64,000 bases of DNA from positions 288,001 to 352,000 of the forward strand of contig CAXXKA010000008.1 of NCBI GenBank assembly GCA_963668625.2, in the 5' to 3' direction. Positions 9,689 through 21,736 of this stretch are shown piece after piece. Below the pieces are notes generated by a model. The model did no database searches. It was not told the DNA's origin and was given only the letters and a program-made list of their open reading frames with translations. Position 1 is the first letter of the stretch. The number at the start of each line of letters is the position of its first letter. The translations under genes and the position numbers were made by a program. The DNA comes from an uncultured candidate division Zixibacteria bacterium. Its GTDB lineage: Bacteria; Zixibacteria; MSB-5A5; UBA10806; 4484-95.

Positions 9689-10297
9689 TTAAAACTCGCC
9701 GAATTTCAGTGCGACATACCCCATTGGCCCGGATAAATCCTCGTCCTCCAGATCGACAAGCTCGGCTCCTGAGGTGTACAAATACGATGCCCCCAGCTCA
9801 CATCGTATATGACGAGCGATATTGATCTCGAATCCGAGATTGGGCTCCAGGGCAAAAAACGCGTCGCCGTTCGAGCCGGTCCAACCCTCATCTTCATCAT
9901 CATCCTTAAATTGATGTCCAACACCACCGGCGCCGATCAGTACACCGGCATTCAGGTGAATGATGTTGAAAGGTTGATAAATATACTCGAGCATCAAACC
10001 GCCATAGCCGACCGCAATCTGACGGGTGCGGCTGGTATCCGTACCTATTCGAGTTTCTTTGATATCATTGACCAAACCATAACCGGCTGCCCCTACGACC
10101 AGGCCATGATTGATAACCCAACCGCCTTTACCGCCTAGCCAAACAGCCGTTTCGCCATCAATATCACTTATTTTCACTACCGGCCCACCGTAGCCACCGC
10201 TTTTGATTTCGCCGGAGAAAATACTTTGCATCTCCTGCGCCATCAACGGAGAACCGACCATGACAATTAATAATAGAATGAATATTGATTTCCTCAC
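9689..10297 (-). CDS. Outer-membrane beta-barrel protein (OmpA-like/porin family), function unknown
   Basis: Signal peptide; Gly/aromatic alternating strands; C-terminal Phe (LKFGEF). Confidence 0.75.
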   Translation of the reverse strand: MRKSIFILLLIVMVGSPLMAQEMQSIFSGEIKSGGYGGPVVKISDIDGETAVWLGGKGGWVINHGLVVGAAGYGLVNDIKETRIGTDTSRTRQIAVGYGGLMLEYIYQPFNIIHLNAGVLIGAGGVGHQFKDDDEDEGWTGSNGDAFFALEPNLGFEINIARHIRCELGASYLYTSGAELVDLEDEDLSGPMGYVALKFGEF

Positions 10298-10472
10298 TTA
10301 ACTCTCCTTTCCATTTCCGTCTCAATTCGCTGCTCGTAGCCTGTAACACGTAATACTCGCCAACAGGTACGACCGATAATGGTATTTGTTTCCTTGAATT
10401 TGAGATTTTTCGAATAAAAAAAGGTTGACGATTTACGGCGCCAACCTAATTTTGCTTCATCCTGAGATAAAA

Positions 10473-10841
10473 CTATTTTTTTCTTCTAGTAGCTTTTTTC
10501 TTGGTGGTTTTCTTCTTGGCTACTTTTTTCTTGGCCACTTTCTTCTTGGTGGCTTTTTTCTTGGTGGCTTTCTTTTTAGTAGCTTTCTTCTTGGTGGTTT
10601 TCTTCTTGGCTACTTTTTTCTTAGTGGCTTTCTTTTTAGTAGCTTTCTTCTTGGTAGTTTTCTTCTTGGCTACTTTTTTCTTAGTGGCTTTCTTTTTGGT
10701 AGTTTTCTTCTTGGCCACTTTTTTCTTAGCTACTTTTTTCTTAGCTACTTTCTTTTTCGCCACTTTTTTCTTAGTCACTTTCTTCTTAGTCACTTTCTTC
10801 TTAGTGGCTTTCTTTTTTGCTGTTTTTTTCTTTGCAGGCAT
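10473..10841 (-). CDS. Histone H1-like Lys-rich DNA-binding protein
   Basis: MPA + 23 x KKKxx + RRKK (71 Lys of 122 aa); RBS ggagggg. Confidence 0.85.
   Translation of the reverse strand: MPAKKKTAKKKATKKKVTKKKVTKKKVAKKKVAKKKVAKKKVAKKKTTKKKATKKKVAKKKTTKKKATKKKATKKKVAKKKTTKKKATKKKATKKKATKKKVAKKKVAKKKTTKKKATRRKK
10485..10832 (-). repeat. 15-bp tandem coding repeat ([15 protein letters not shown])
   Basis: Period-15 degenerate repeat, visible on the + strand as e.g. ttcttggtggctttc. Confidence 0.9.
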
Positions 10842-11134
10842 AACACCCCTCCAGGTTTAGTTTAAGTCAATATTTCTAAACATTGCTTTTTTACGTTAGA
10901 TAACCGTTCGTGTCAAGTATCAAATACCACTTTTTGTAAAAAAAATTTCGCATCAGTTTTTTAAAAACCCTCTTTTTGTTAAATCTAATAATGTTATCGT
11001 TACCCAACGCCAAAAAGTGAACAAACTATTTGCATTTTTTTTCAGTTTTAAATATTAAATTTTAGACACGAGAACTTATCGAGGATGTGCCGAATAGTAA
11101 TAATGACGATCGAATGAAACGAGAGTTGTTTAAA

Positions 11135-12123
11135 ATGTGTGATGTCTCGACTGAAATAGAAGTAAGGATGGATGCAATTATTGTTATGATAATACCTCTT
11201 TCTGCCTTAGTCAGGATCAATGAATATCGATTCGACGCCGAATGCTTCGTGGTAACCGCCTTCCTTCCTGAAAGAGGTACGCCGGTCGTCTGTAAGGGTA
11301 CTATCGAATGTCTTAATCTTAAAGGCAACGAGTTTCTCGATACGGTTGCGATGAGTTCATTGATAACTCTTAAAACAGTAATCGCCTGGCAAACAGAGTG
11401 GTTTATTCATCCTTTACCGGCGAAATACCCGAAGAACACCGCACGATGGAAAGGATTCCTGCCCGTTCGACAAGTTTTTCAACGATGCCAAATCAATAGT
11501 GATATCAATTTGAAAGAGGCTGTCTCTGCAACTATAGCCATTATCGGTTCGATAGGCGAACGGTTCGTGGCAATTCCCTCTGGAGATTCCGATATACCAT
11601 ATGATATGATTAAAACTCTCAATGGCGAATACGACGCTGGAATGTCGGAGGTTTCGGTATGATGGGGGATGTAATAGCCGAGGCGCGCTCGCTGATCATG
11701 GCCCCGGGAAATACGTCTGGCAAGGATACCGAGGCCGAAAATGTCCGCCGGCTCAAAGTTAGCCTTCAGGAACTTGTATGCAACGCCAACATGTTTTTAA
11801 AGGAAAACAATGACTCGGTCAACAATACCATCGATAACTTAGCGGTAAGCGTCATTGAATCAGGGACGTTTCTTGATGTCAATGAGGTATTATCGAATAA
11901 AATTGAGGTCAATTCGGCGGAAGTCTCTCGATCAGCTACCGAATTAACCGATAGGATTAGCCGGATCACCTTGCGAATCGAAAAGGGGGAAGGTACATTG
12001 GACAAATCAATCGCTGACGATCCTTTAGATTTAGATTTACGTGACACGATAAACATTCTTGATTCATCGATCACCGATTTCAAGAAAAAACCAGGTAGAT
12101 ACATGAAAGTGAGTATATTTTGA
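11135..12123 (+). pseudogene. mlaD: Decayed MlaD/MCE-family gene, split by a frameshift near 11655 and interrupted by a MITE
   Basis: N-terminal STEIEV..II...EYRF; MCE core ATI..IG..GERFVAI..GDS; second ORF ends IEKGEGTL.K.I.DD...L..TI..LD..ITDFKKKP.RY.KVSIF, typical of FCB MlaD C-termini; many non-consensus substitutions. Confidence 0.7.
11353..11489. mobile_element. Second copy of the 137-bp MITE, inside mlaD
   Basis: Shares atccttt.ccggc.a.atac, ggaaa.gattcctgcc and the gtttttc.ac right end with 5066-5202; same length. Confidence 0.6.
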
Positions 12124-14252
12124 TAAACTTCGTATTTGGTATACACAACCATCAACCGGTGGGCAACTTCGATTTCGTAATCGAGGACGCTTATAAGAAA
12201 TGTTATTTACCTTTCGTCAAGACTCTCGTTGAATTCCCCTCGATAAAGGTAACTCTTCACAACACCGGCATACTCTGGGATTGGATAGAGCAGAACCATC
12301 CCGAATATTTCGATTATATCGAAAAATTACTGAAAGCCGGGCAACTAGAACTTCTAAGCGGAGGATTTTACGAACCGATACTACCGGTTATCATGGATGA
12401 CCACAAGAAAGGCCAGATAAACAAGCTTTCCGAGTACATCCGCGAGAAATTCAAATTTACGCCTCGCGGTATGTGGCTGGCCGAACGAGTCTGGGAACCG
12501 CATCTTGCCGGGGTATTCGCCGACTGCGGTATCGAATATACCATCCTGGATGACACTCATTTCAGATGGGCCGGGCTTACCGAGGAACAACTTGACAGTT
12601 ACTTTATCACCGAGGAACAGCATAAAAAGATGGCGCTGTTCCCCATTTCCAAGCTCCTGCGATACGCCATCCCCTTCAAAACGGTTGATAAAGTCATCGA
12701 GGCTTTCGGCGTAATGAGCGAGAATCATGACGGGAAACTGGCAGTATACGCTGATGACGGTGAGAAATTCGGCAGTTGGCCGGATACGTATAAGCTTTGC
12801 TACGAGAAAAACTGGTTACCAGACTTCTTCGAGGCTATATCCGAGAATTCGGATTGGATCAAGATGAAATTCTTCTCAGAGGCAATGGATGAGGTGCCAC
12901 CGAACGGCCGTATATACCTTCCGACAGCCTCGTACGCCGAGATGGGGCAGTGGTCGATGCCCTCCAAAGGATTCGTACAATACGAGGAGTTGGAAAAACA
13001 TTTCAAAGAACATGATCTCTGGGAAAGCCACGGGTACCTGGTCCGGGGCGGATTCTGGCGGAATTTCCTAACTAAGTATCCAGAGTCGAACAATATGCAC
13101 AAAAAGATGTATCGGGTTGCCGCCAAGATAGAATCGATAGCCGAACCGTCATCTACCCAGAAACCCAGGCTCGAAGAGGCCACCGATCTGCTATACCAGG
13201 GGCAATGCAATTGTCCGTACTGGCATGGCGTTTTCGGAGGGTTATATCTTAACCATCTGCGTTACGCCACGTACAATCGCTTCATCCGGGCCGAGGCTAT
13301 TGTCGATGAAATCGGTGGACTGCCGAAATCAGGAAAGATCGATATCACTGACTTCACCGATGACGGTTATAACGAGGCGCTGATAGAAACTCGTGATATT
13401 AACGCCTACCTTACGCCCCAGTATGGCGGCGCAATGTTCGAATTGGATTTGAAGCGCAAAGGTTATAATCTTCTGGATACTATGACACGCCGCCTCGAGG
13501 GGTATCATAAGAAACTTACTGAGGTTCAGGATGAAAACACAAACACCGGCCAATCGATTCACGACCGCATTGAATCGAAAGAGGAAAACCTGGATAAATA
13601 CCTGATATACGATTGGCATAGGCGTTTGTCTTTTGTCGATCATATCATGCCGCATCAGGTTGAAATGGAGAGTTTCGCTAAAAACGATTACCAGGAAATG
13701 GGTGATTTCATTTTAGAACCTTTCGAACTGGAGACCAAGAAATCAACCAACAAGATTACGGCCGTATTAAAGCGTGACGGCCATCTATATCATCCCCGGA
13801 AAATTTATAACCTTTCCCTGGAAAAAACGATATCGGTTGGCAACAAAGAGGCTCTCCTCGAGGCGAACTACAGACTGGAGAACAACTCCGATAACGCTCT
13901 CTCGTTCGTACTTGGAATCGAATTCAACTGGGCCATGCTCGGCGGGGATGCTCCGGATAGGTACTATTATATAAAAGGACAAAAACTGGAAAATAACCGC
14001 TGTAATAGTCGCGGCGAAACAGGCAATGTCGCTGAGTTCGGCTTGAAAGACGACTACCATAAACTCGATATAAACTATAATCTATCTCAACCATGCCGCT
14101 TGTGGCGCTACCCTATTGAAACGGTCAGTTTATCGGAATACGGTTTCGAGCGCGTCTACCAATCCTCGCTAACCTGTTTGTGTTTCGATATCAAGCTCGA
14201 ACCGGGCAAAAGCAAAGATTTAGGCATAGTGATCAAGTTTTTGGATATTTAG
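12120..14252 (+). CDS. GH57 alpha-amylase/4-alpha-glucanotransferase (DUF1925/DUF1926 domains)
   Basis: HNHQPVGN, GMWLAERVWEP (nucleophile Glu), DDGEKFG (acid/base), YWHGVFGGLY; TTG start overlaps the upstream TGA. Confidence 0.92.
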   Translation: MINFVFGIHNHQPVGNFDFVIEDAYKKCYLPFVKTLVEFPSIKVTLHNTGILWDWIEQNHPEYFDYIEKLLKAGQLELLSGGFYEPILPVIMDDHKKGQINKLSEYIREKFKFTPRGMWLAERVWEPHLAGVFADCGIEYTILDDTHFRWAGLTEEQLDSYFITEEQHKKMALFPISKLLRYAIPFKTVDKVIEAFGVMSENHDGKLAVYADDGEKFGSWPDTYKLCYEKNWLPDFFEAISENSDWIKMKFFSEAMDEVPPNGRIYLPTASYAEMGQWSMPSKGFVQYEELEKHFKEHDLWESHGYLVRGGFWRNFLTKYPESNNMHKKMYRVAAKIESIAEPSSTQKPRLEEATDLLYQGQCNCPYWHGVFGGLYLNHLRYATYNRFIRAEAIVDEIGGLPKSGKIDITDFTDDGYNEALIETRDINAYLTPQYGGAMFELDLKRKGYNLLDTMTRRLEGYHKKLTEVQDENTNTGQSIHDRIESKEENLDKYLIYDWHRRLSFVDHIMPHQVEMESFAKNDYQEMGDFILEPFELETKKSTNKITAVLKRDGHLYHPRKIYNLSLEKTISVGNKEALLEANYRLENNSDNALSFVLGIEFNWAMLGGDAPDRYYYIKGQKLENNRCNSRGETGNVAEFGLKDDYHKLDINYNLSQPCRLWRYPIETVSLSEYGFERVYQSSLTCLCFDIKLEPGKSKDLGIVIKFLDI

Positions 14253-14354
14253 ACTTAAAAGCGACTAATCAATGCAGTAATTGTGAGGGTCTGAGCGACC
14301 GAGCAATAAGTCAATGAGGCTTCCAATCAATTGTTGAAGCAACATCAGGTATTA

Positions 14355-14381
14355 TAGGGGCGTTCGATCGAACTCCCCTAC
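14355..14381. repeat. REP-like palindrome / bidirectional terminator between convergent genes
   Basis: taggggcgttcgatcgaactcccctac. Confidence 0.55.
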
Positions 14382-14411
14382 CGTTTTAATGCGGATTCCT
14401 TAAGCAGTTAA

Positions 14412-14882
14412 TTACTCCTGCTCGCCTTCTGCAATTATCTCATTAATCTTTTCCCACATATCCTTATAATGGCTGCCCTTCCAATAAATACGCTTACACG
14501 AGGGACATCTCCGGAAACTATCCTGCGTTTTGAGAATATAGGGAAATACCTTATCCTCGATTTCAGCGGGGGGTACTATCTCACAAACATCGTTGCATTC
14601 CAAACATCTGGTGAACAGCTTTTCTCGAGCTGGGTATAACTGGAAATTGCTGATAACCTGCCTGATCTGGTTTTCCGGCGAATCGCTCTCGATAGACAAA
14701 TACCGCTCCGCACTGATTCGCTTAATCAAGCGGGTGTCTCGAGTCAGCACGATCCGCCCCTGCGAAAGCATTACGCCCAGTAGATGATTATCCTCGATTG
14801 AGGATTCGTAATATGTATCGTATCCCAGCATGCGTAGGTATCGGGCAAGCTTTCCGAGATTATCATCACATAAGAAAAGCAT
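14412..14882 (-). CDS. Mut7-C RNase (PIN-like, DUF82) domain protein with Zn ribbon
   Basis: FLCDDNLGKLARYLRMLGYDT, LTRD, RCLECN, CPSCKRIYWKGSH. Confidence 0.9.
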   Translation of the reverse strand: MLFLCDDNLGKLARYLRMLGYDTYYESSIEDNHLLGVMLSQGRIVLTRDTRLIKRISAERYLSIESDSPENQIRQVISNFQLYPAREKLFTRCLECNDVCEIVPPAEIEDKVFPYILKTQDSFRRCPSCKRIYWKGSHYKDMWEKINEIIAEGEQE

Positions 14883-15094
14883 ACCGAAATTTAACAAAGG
14901 TTAAGGCCACTGTCAATATTCTCGATGATTATTTACACATGTGTTAAAAAGTAGCGCGTATTAATCGGCGATCGGGGGATTTTGCCTGACCAGAAGTGGG
15001 AATTCTTTCTTACACGCATAACCAAAGCCATTACGAATCAAGCACGAAAAACATATGAATTGACAACCGGGTGATTTTTACATACCATTAATAC

Positions 15095-16510
15095 ATGGTG
15101 GAGAAACCCGAAATCCTTATAATCGATGCTGATAAGCAAGTCGTCGAATCATTAAGCGGTCTATTCAAAAATAAAGGCTATAAGCCATTTGGCGTATACA
15201 CGGGCCAGAAAGGTCTCGAGCTTGCTTTAAACGATGTTTTCGAATTGATACTGCTGGATAGCGTGTTGCCAGATTTGGACAGCCTGGAGTTGGTAAAACG
15301 CATAAAAGGTTTGAAAGTTTCAGCTCCGGTTATTGTGCTTACAACACCTGAGAATAAGCACAAAGCTATTGATATAGCTAAAAACGGCGCAGTCAATATA
15401 CTATTCAAGCCTCTTATAGATGACCTGGTTATCGAATCCTCGAATATCGCTATAAATCAACTGAAAAACAGTCGAGATATCGAAAAGCTCAGGCACTCCA
15501 TCTCCGAGCATTTTACGGTTTTAGGCCATTCGGAGGTAATCGAGAAATTCCGGGAAAAATTAAAACGTATAGCAGGCTCCAACTCCCGGGCTTTGTTTTT
15601 CGGTGAATCGGGCTCAGGTAAAGAGGCCGCCGCCCGGTATGTTCATTACACCTCCAGCCGCTCTACCGAGCCTTTCCATGGCATCAACTGTCTCGAGGCC
15701 GCCGGGAACCGGGCCGATAAGAAACATCACCTCGAATGCGATTTATTCGGCTATGAGCGGGACGCTTTCGTAGGCGCGAGTACAACCACCAAGGGCCGGT
15801 TTGAGATGGCCGAGGGCGGTACGGTTTATCTGAACGAGGTAGGCTCGCTTACCCCGGATCTCCAATCGAAACTTCTACGCATGATAGAGACGGGTAGTAT
15901 CACCCGCATGGGCGCGACCTCGGATATAAAAGTTGATTTGCGCATATTGGCAGGTACCACTATCGATCTGGAGGCCGAGGTTAAAGCCGGTAGATTCAGG
16001 GAGGATCTGTATTTCCGCTTGAATGTCATACCGACAGCCGTCCCGCCGCTTCGTGACTACAAGTCTGATATTCCGTTTATCTCCAGGAAAATCCTGGATA
16101 ATAGCGGGCAGATACGCAAGCGATTCGAGATGGCGGCTTTATCGTATCTAAAAGAGTATGATTGGCCGGGCAATATCAGGCAGCTTGATGAGATAGTCAC
16201 TAAAGCCGCGAAATTATCCTCGGGTGACATCATAACTGTCGGGGATGTTAAAAGCTCGTTCGAGCCGGGGGCGCAGAGGTCAAAAGCCATCCCGGAATCA
16301 CGATCATCACACCCCGAACTATTATCCGGGGACCTGTTTAAGCCTGAGCTGTCATATCGCGATCATGTGCTGGATTTCGAATTTCGATTGCTCCAGGAGG
16401 TGCTCGATAGGTGCAAGGGTAACATAACTAAGGCTGCCGAGATGTTTAAAACCGACAGGGGTAATCTATCCAAGAAAATAAAAAAGCTCGGTATTAAAGA
16501 TTCTCACTAA
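15095..16510 (+). CDS. NtrC/NtrX-family response regulator (REC + AAA+ + Fis HTH) with degenerate motifs
   Basis: Receiver domain; GESGSGKE; FREDLYFRLNV; WPGNIRQL; C-terminal HTH. GAFTGA reads DAFVGA. Confidence 0.9.
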   Translation: MVEKPEILIIDADKQVVESLSGLFKNKGYKPFGVYTGQKGLELALNDVFELILLDSVLPDLDSLELVKRIKGLKVSAPVIVLTTPENKHKAIDIAKNGAVNILFKPLIDDLVIESSNIAINQLKNSRDIEKLRHSISEHFTVLGHSEVIEKFREKLKRIAGSNSRALFFGESGSGKEAAARYVHYTSSRSTEPFHGINCLEAAGNRADKKHHLECDLFGYERDAFVGASTTTKGRFEMAEGGTVYLNEVGSLTPDLQSKLLRMIETGSITRMGATSDIKVDLRILAGTTIDLEAEVKAGRFREDLYFRLNVIPTAVPPLRDYKSDIPFISRKILDNSGQIRKRFEMAALSYLKEYDWPGNIRQLDEIVTKAAKLSSGDIITVGDVKSSFEPGAQRSKAIPESRSSHPELLSGDLFKPELSYRDHVLDFEFRLLQEVLDRCKGNITKAAEMFKTDRGNLSKKIKKLGIKDSH

Positions 16511-16583
16511 TTCTCCTTTCGATTCTCAGTCGATATTCATATATTTTATCCAAATGAGAATATTTTTATGAGATAGAGGCATT

Positions 16584-18227
16584 ATGGAATTCCTGAAAAA
16601 GAATTGGCCGCTAATAGCAAGTATCACAGTGCTATGGCTTATCGTAATCGTAATTTCTATCTATTCGGCGAATATCAATGACGGCAAATTTATTTATATC
16701 CTGGATGATCCTTACATCCATATGTCCATCGCAAAGAACATGGCCACTGATGGCAACTGGGGAGTAAATCCCGATCAGTTCTCGTCCTCATCATCCTCAC
16801 CGCTATGGACATTACTATTGGCCGGGCTTTTTAAACTTATGGGAGTGAACGAAATCATTCCACTAATAATCAACATCCTGGCAGCTACCTCGATACTGAT
16901 TCTAGCGCATATCTTCCTTCTCGGAAATGGTCTGGACAGACGTCTCATACTATTAACGCTGTTGATATTGCTCTGGGCAACCCCTTTGCCGTCCCTGATT
17001 TTCACCGGCCTCGAACATACGCTTTACGCCCTGATAGCTCTTATATTTCTACTGAAAAGCTCGTGCTATCTGGCAAGATTAAGATATACTGATAGTGAAC
17101 TCCCGCCGGTCGGCTCGTCTCCCTCGTTTTACGGGCTGTTAATACTTTCGGCTCTTTTAAGCGCCGTTCGCTATGAGGGATTGTTAATGATTTTTGTCGT
17201 ATGCGTGTATCTTTTCGTTCTTGGAAAACTATGGCGTGCGATCGCGCTGGGATTGACCTCCTTAATACCTGCGACTATCATGGGAGTAATAGCAACCTCG
17301 CATGGATGGTACTTCTTGCCTAATTCGGTGTTACTCAAAGGTGGCTTTCCCGATTTCAGTTCTTTTCGAGGCGTTGTCACATTTCTGGCCCAGGATGTTA
17401 TTCGCCTGTTTGATATTCATGCCCTGTTAATCCTGGTAATAATGGCATTAGCATTATATCTAGCAAACCGCTTTACCGGACGAATCAAGCCGGGCTATCA
17501 TATTCAGGCGCTGGTTATATTCATGTTTACCGTCTGGTTTCACCTTCAATTTGCCGATATTGGCTGGTATTTCCGTTACGAAGCTTACCTGATCACGTTG
17601 GGAATATTAGCGGTTATGATAACCTTGCCCAATATTAGGATAGATTTCAGCCTGAACGGTAGCGCCATTCGCAAACCATCCTCGATTATAGCCCTGACGG
17701 CGCTGGCAATACTGATTATAAGCCCCTTTTTCATAAGGGGCGGTTACTCGATATATTTTATGCGCACCTGTACCCACAATATCTATAGCCAGCAATACCA
17801 GATGGGGCTTTTTCTAGAGCGCTACTATAATAACCTGCCCGTGGTACTCAACGATATCGGCGCAGCCAGTTTCCTTTCCCGTACTAAAGTTGTCGATATC
17901 TGGGGGCTGGCGGACAAAGATGTTGCAGCCTCGATTTTTAAAAAACAGTACACGATAGAATCGATCGATAGTCTCGCTCGAGCTCGCGGCGCTCGGCTCG
18001 CACTGGTTTATGAAAATATTAATCGCATGTACAATGCCGGAGGAATACCCCCGAGCTGGCAGAAAGCTGGCTCCTGGACTATTCCGAATAATTCCGCCTG
18101 CTATAACGAGACGGTAACGTTTTACGCCATAGACAACACGGCTAAGACGGAAATCCAAAATCAGCTGATAGAGTATGCCCCGAAATTACCCCCGGATGTC
18201 AACTGGCAAATAATGAATAATGAATAG
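16584..18227 (+). CDS. Multi-pass membrane protein, probable GT-C fold glycosyltransferase
   Basis: DDPYIH loop after TM1; SSSPLW, GLEH, RYEG; C-terminal periplasmic DIGA...D.WGL domain. Confidence 0.7.
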   Translation: MEFLKKNWPLIASITVLWLIVIVISIYSANINDGKFIYILDDPYIHMSIAKNMATDGNWGVNPDQFSSSSSSPLWTLLLAGLFKLMGVNEIIPLIINILAATSILILAHIFLLGNGLDRRLILLTLLILLWATPLPSLIFTGLEHTLYALIALIFLLKSSCYLARLRYTDSELPPVGSSPSFYGLLILSALLSAVRYEGLLMIFVVCVYLFVLGKLWRAIALGLTSLIPATIMGVIATSHGWYFLPNSVLLKGGFPDFSSFRGVVTFLAQDVIRLFDIHALLILVIMALALYLANRFTGRIKPGYHIQALVIFMFTVWFHLQFADIGWYFRYEAYLITLGILAVMITLPNIRIDFSLNGSAIRKPSSIIALTALAILIISPFFIRGGYSIYFMRTCTHNIYSQQYQMGLFLERYYNNLPVVLNDIGAASFLSRTKVVDIWGLADKDVAASIFKKQYTIESIDSLARARGARLALVYENINRMYNAGGIPPSWQKAGSWTIPNNSACYNETVTFYAIDNTAKTEIQNQLIEYAPKLPPDVNWQIMNNE

Positions 18228-18320
18228 TGAATAAATTAGAAAAAAATTCTGCCTGATCGTATACGACTACGTATAGAAATGTAAAACGTAACATAATACC
18301 AGTTAGAAGAGGTGTATATC

Positions 18321-19250
18321 ATGATAAAAAGTAGCGATCTTTTTTCCCGGACATTACCTCAGAGTATCGGTGGCAAGATAGTTAATTTTCCGCTCATGAG
18401 AATTCTAATTTCCTTATTGTTTATCGCGCCTGTTTTTATTCTTCATAATTTGGCCGATAAATTAATCAAACAAATACCTGATCCCACGTCGGAATGGGTG
18501 CGACATTTTGAATCACTGATAATGATAATCCTGTTTATTATCGCCTATACCATGTACACGAAATATATCGAAAATAGATCAGCGCACGAGTTTTCCTCAA
18601 CCGGAGCGGTTCGGGAATTCGGTATCGGGTGTGCATTCGGAATGGGATTGATAGCTCTGGTGGTTGGCGTGCTGATCATTCCCGGCTATATCAGGTTTTC
18701 GGGAGCTAATAGCCCGCTCATTTTGCTTTCCGGCTTTTTCATGTTCGGCATACTCGCCTTTATCGAGGAGTTGCTATTCAGGCTGATACTTTTCAGATTG
18801 TTCGAGGAACTGCTTGGCAGTTGGATATCCATTATTCTGGTAGCGTTGCTTTTCGGAATAGCACATCTTGGAAACGAAAATGCCAGCATATTCAATTCTC
18901 TGGCAATAGCTCTCGAGGCCGGTATACTGATAGCTGCAGCTTTCATGCTAACCCGTCGGATATGGCTGATATTCGGCCTTCACCTGGGCTGGAACTATAT
19001 GCAATCAGGCGTTTTCGGCATTACCGTATCCGGTGAGGCCATCGATGGATTCCTGGTGCCACAAGTAGCCGGACCGAGAATTCTAACCGGAGGTGAATTC
19101 GGTGTGGAGGGTTCGCTAATCGCTGTAATCATATGTATGGCGGCTGGTATATATCTATCATATAGAGCACTCAATGCCGGACAGGTAGTTAAGCCCCTAT
19201 GGCGTCGCAATAAAACTGATTTTAATATCGAGCAAAGCTTGACAGAATAA
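18321..19250 (+). CDS. CPBP (CAAX/Abi) family intramembrane glutamic endopeptidase
   Basis: EELLFR, FGIAH, HLGWN motifs; GGEFGVEGS. Confidence 0.9.
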   Translation: MIKSSDLFSRTLPQSIGGKIVNFPLMRILISLLFIAPVFILHNLADKLIKQIPDPTSEWVRHFESLIMIILFIIAYTMYTKYIENRSAHEFSSTGAVREFGIGCAFGMGLIALVVGVLIIPGYIRFSGANSPLILLSGFFMFGILAFIEELLFRLILFRLFEELLGSWISIILVALLFGIAHLGNENASIFNSLAIALEAGILIAAAFMLTRRIWLIFGLHLGWNYMQSGVFGITVSGEAIDGFLVPQVAGPRILTGGEFGVEGSLIAVIICMAAGIYLSYRALNAGQVVKPLWRRNKTDFNIEQSLTE

Positions 19251-19380
19251 GCAGTTATATCTTAAAGCTACCGCATTAAACATCATTCTTTACTATCAGT
19301 ATTAAATCGCGTATATTCTTGCTGAATTTTAGGGAAACTGGGTAATTCAGCCCGGATTCCGTTTTTAGATGTAATAATAA

Positions 19381-20787
<1,407 letters not shown>

Positions 20788-20825
20788 GAATAATAGAACA
20801 CGTTTTAACATTTCAAATAACGGTG

Positions 20826-20853
20826 CCCATCCCCGCTATAAAGCGGGGGTGGG
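20826..20853 (+). terminator. Hairpin / terminator after tpl
   Basis: cccatccccgct-ataa-agcgggggtggg. Confidence 0.55.
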
Positions 20854-21079
20854 ATACTATGAATTTCAAACCAGGTTAATGAACGCTTCCATCTATCTAA
20901 ATTGCGTACAACCATAATTACCACATAACCCATTACTATATATATCAATATTCACTATTTGGTCTCGCTCCCCTTAACATATCGCTCATTATTTCGGCTC
21001 TTTATTGAAGCCCTCGCAATATAATTACGATAATGTTTATAGGGATATTAATTCCTGTCAAATTTTAAATGAGAGTAAT

Positions 21080-21703
21080 ATGATAAAAACCGAAAGAACC
21101 GCAGATAATCAGCTGAGCCCGGCGCTGGCTAAACTCGGGGAAAACATCGAAATATCTTTTACGGATGATAATACTATCCAATTCGTCATGTCATCCGAAC
21201 ATAAGGCGGATAATATCTTCTCCCCGGATATTATCCAAAAAATATTCGCCCAACTAATTCTCCGAGCCAACGGCTTTTTTACGAAAGAAATGTCGTTACA
21301 ACTTCAGAACCCGGCCAACCTGCATATCGTAAAAGAGGAGTCATTCGAGACTAAACCGATTTCCTCATGGATAATCATATCGGGTGCGTTCAAAGGGCTC
21401 TTCATTTTCAGTTATGAGAACAAACTGGCCGAGTACGTGCTCAACAGGTTCATAACCGATCAAATCGGTGAGGATGAATACCATGAGCTACTGCAGGATA
21501 TGATCTCCGAGATTACCAATATCATTTCTGGAGGCGCCTCCGACCTGATACACGATTCCATGGGGAACTCGATTCTGGAAGTACCGGTGACCGTAGTGGA
21601 CAATAAGCTAAAATGCCTTTGTGACCAGGCCGAGTTTATGTCATACCACGGGCTCACCAACAGGGGATATTTCGAAATCACCACGATGGTTTCGAATACT
21701 TAA
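21080..21703 (+). CDS. cheX: CheX/CheC-family chemotaxis phosphatase-like protein
   Basis: SWIIISGAFKG, D.ISEITNIISG (ExxN), LEVPVTV; directly upstream of cheY. Confidence 0.7.
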   Translation: MIKTERTADNQLSPALAKLGENIEISFTDDNTIQFVMSSEHKADNIFSPDIIQKIFAQLILRANGFFTKEMSLQLQNPANLHIVKEESFETKPISSWIIISGAFKGLFIFSYENKLAEYVLNRFITDQIGEDEYHELLQDMISEITNIISGGASDLIHDSMGNSILEVPVTVVDNKLKCLCDQAEFMSYHGLTNRGYFEITTMVSNT

Positions 21704-21736
21704 AGCGAATATAATTATTTCGATAAGGAGTTAAAG

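Noticed and set aside
10485-10832. Tandem repeat as a possible CRISPR array
   Set aside because: 15-bp coding repeat with no unique spacers and no cas genes.
10425-10865. Two long Phe/Leu-rich + strand ORFs
   Set aside because: Antisense shadows of the Lys-repeat gene, which has the RBS and a known protein type.
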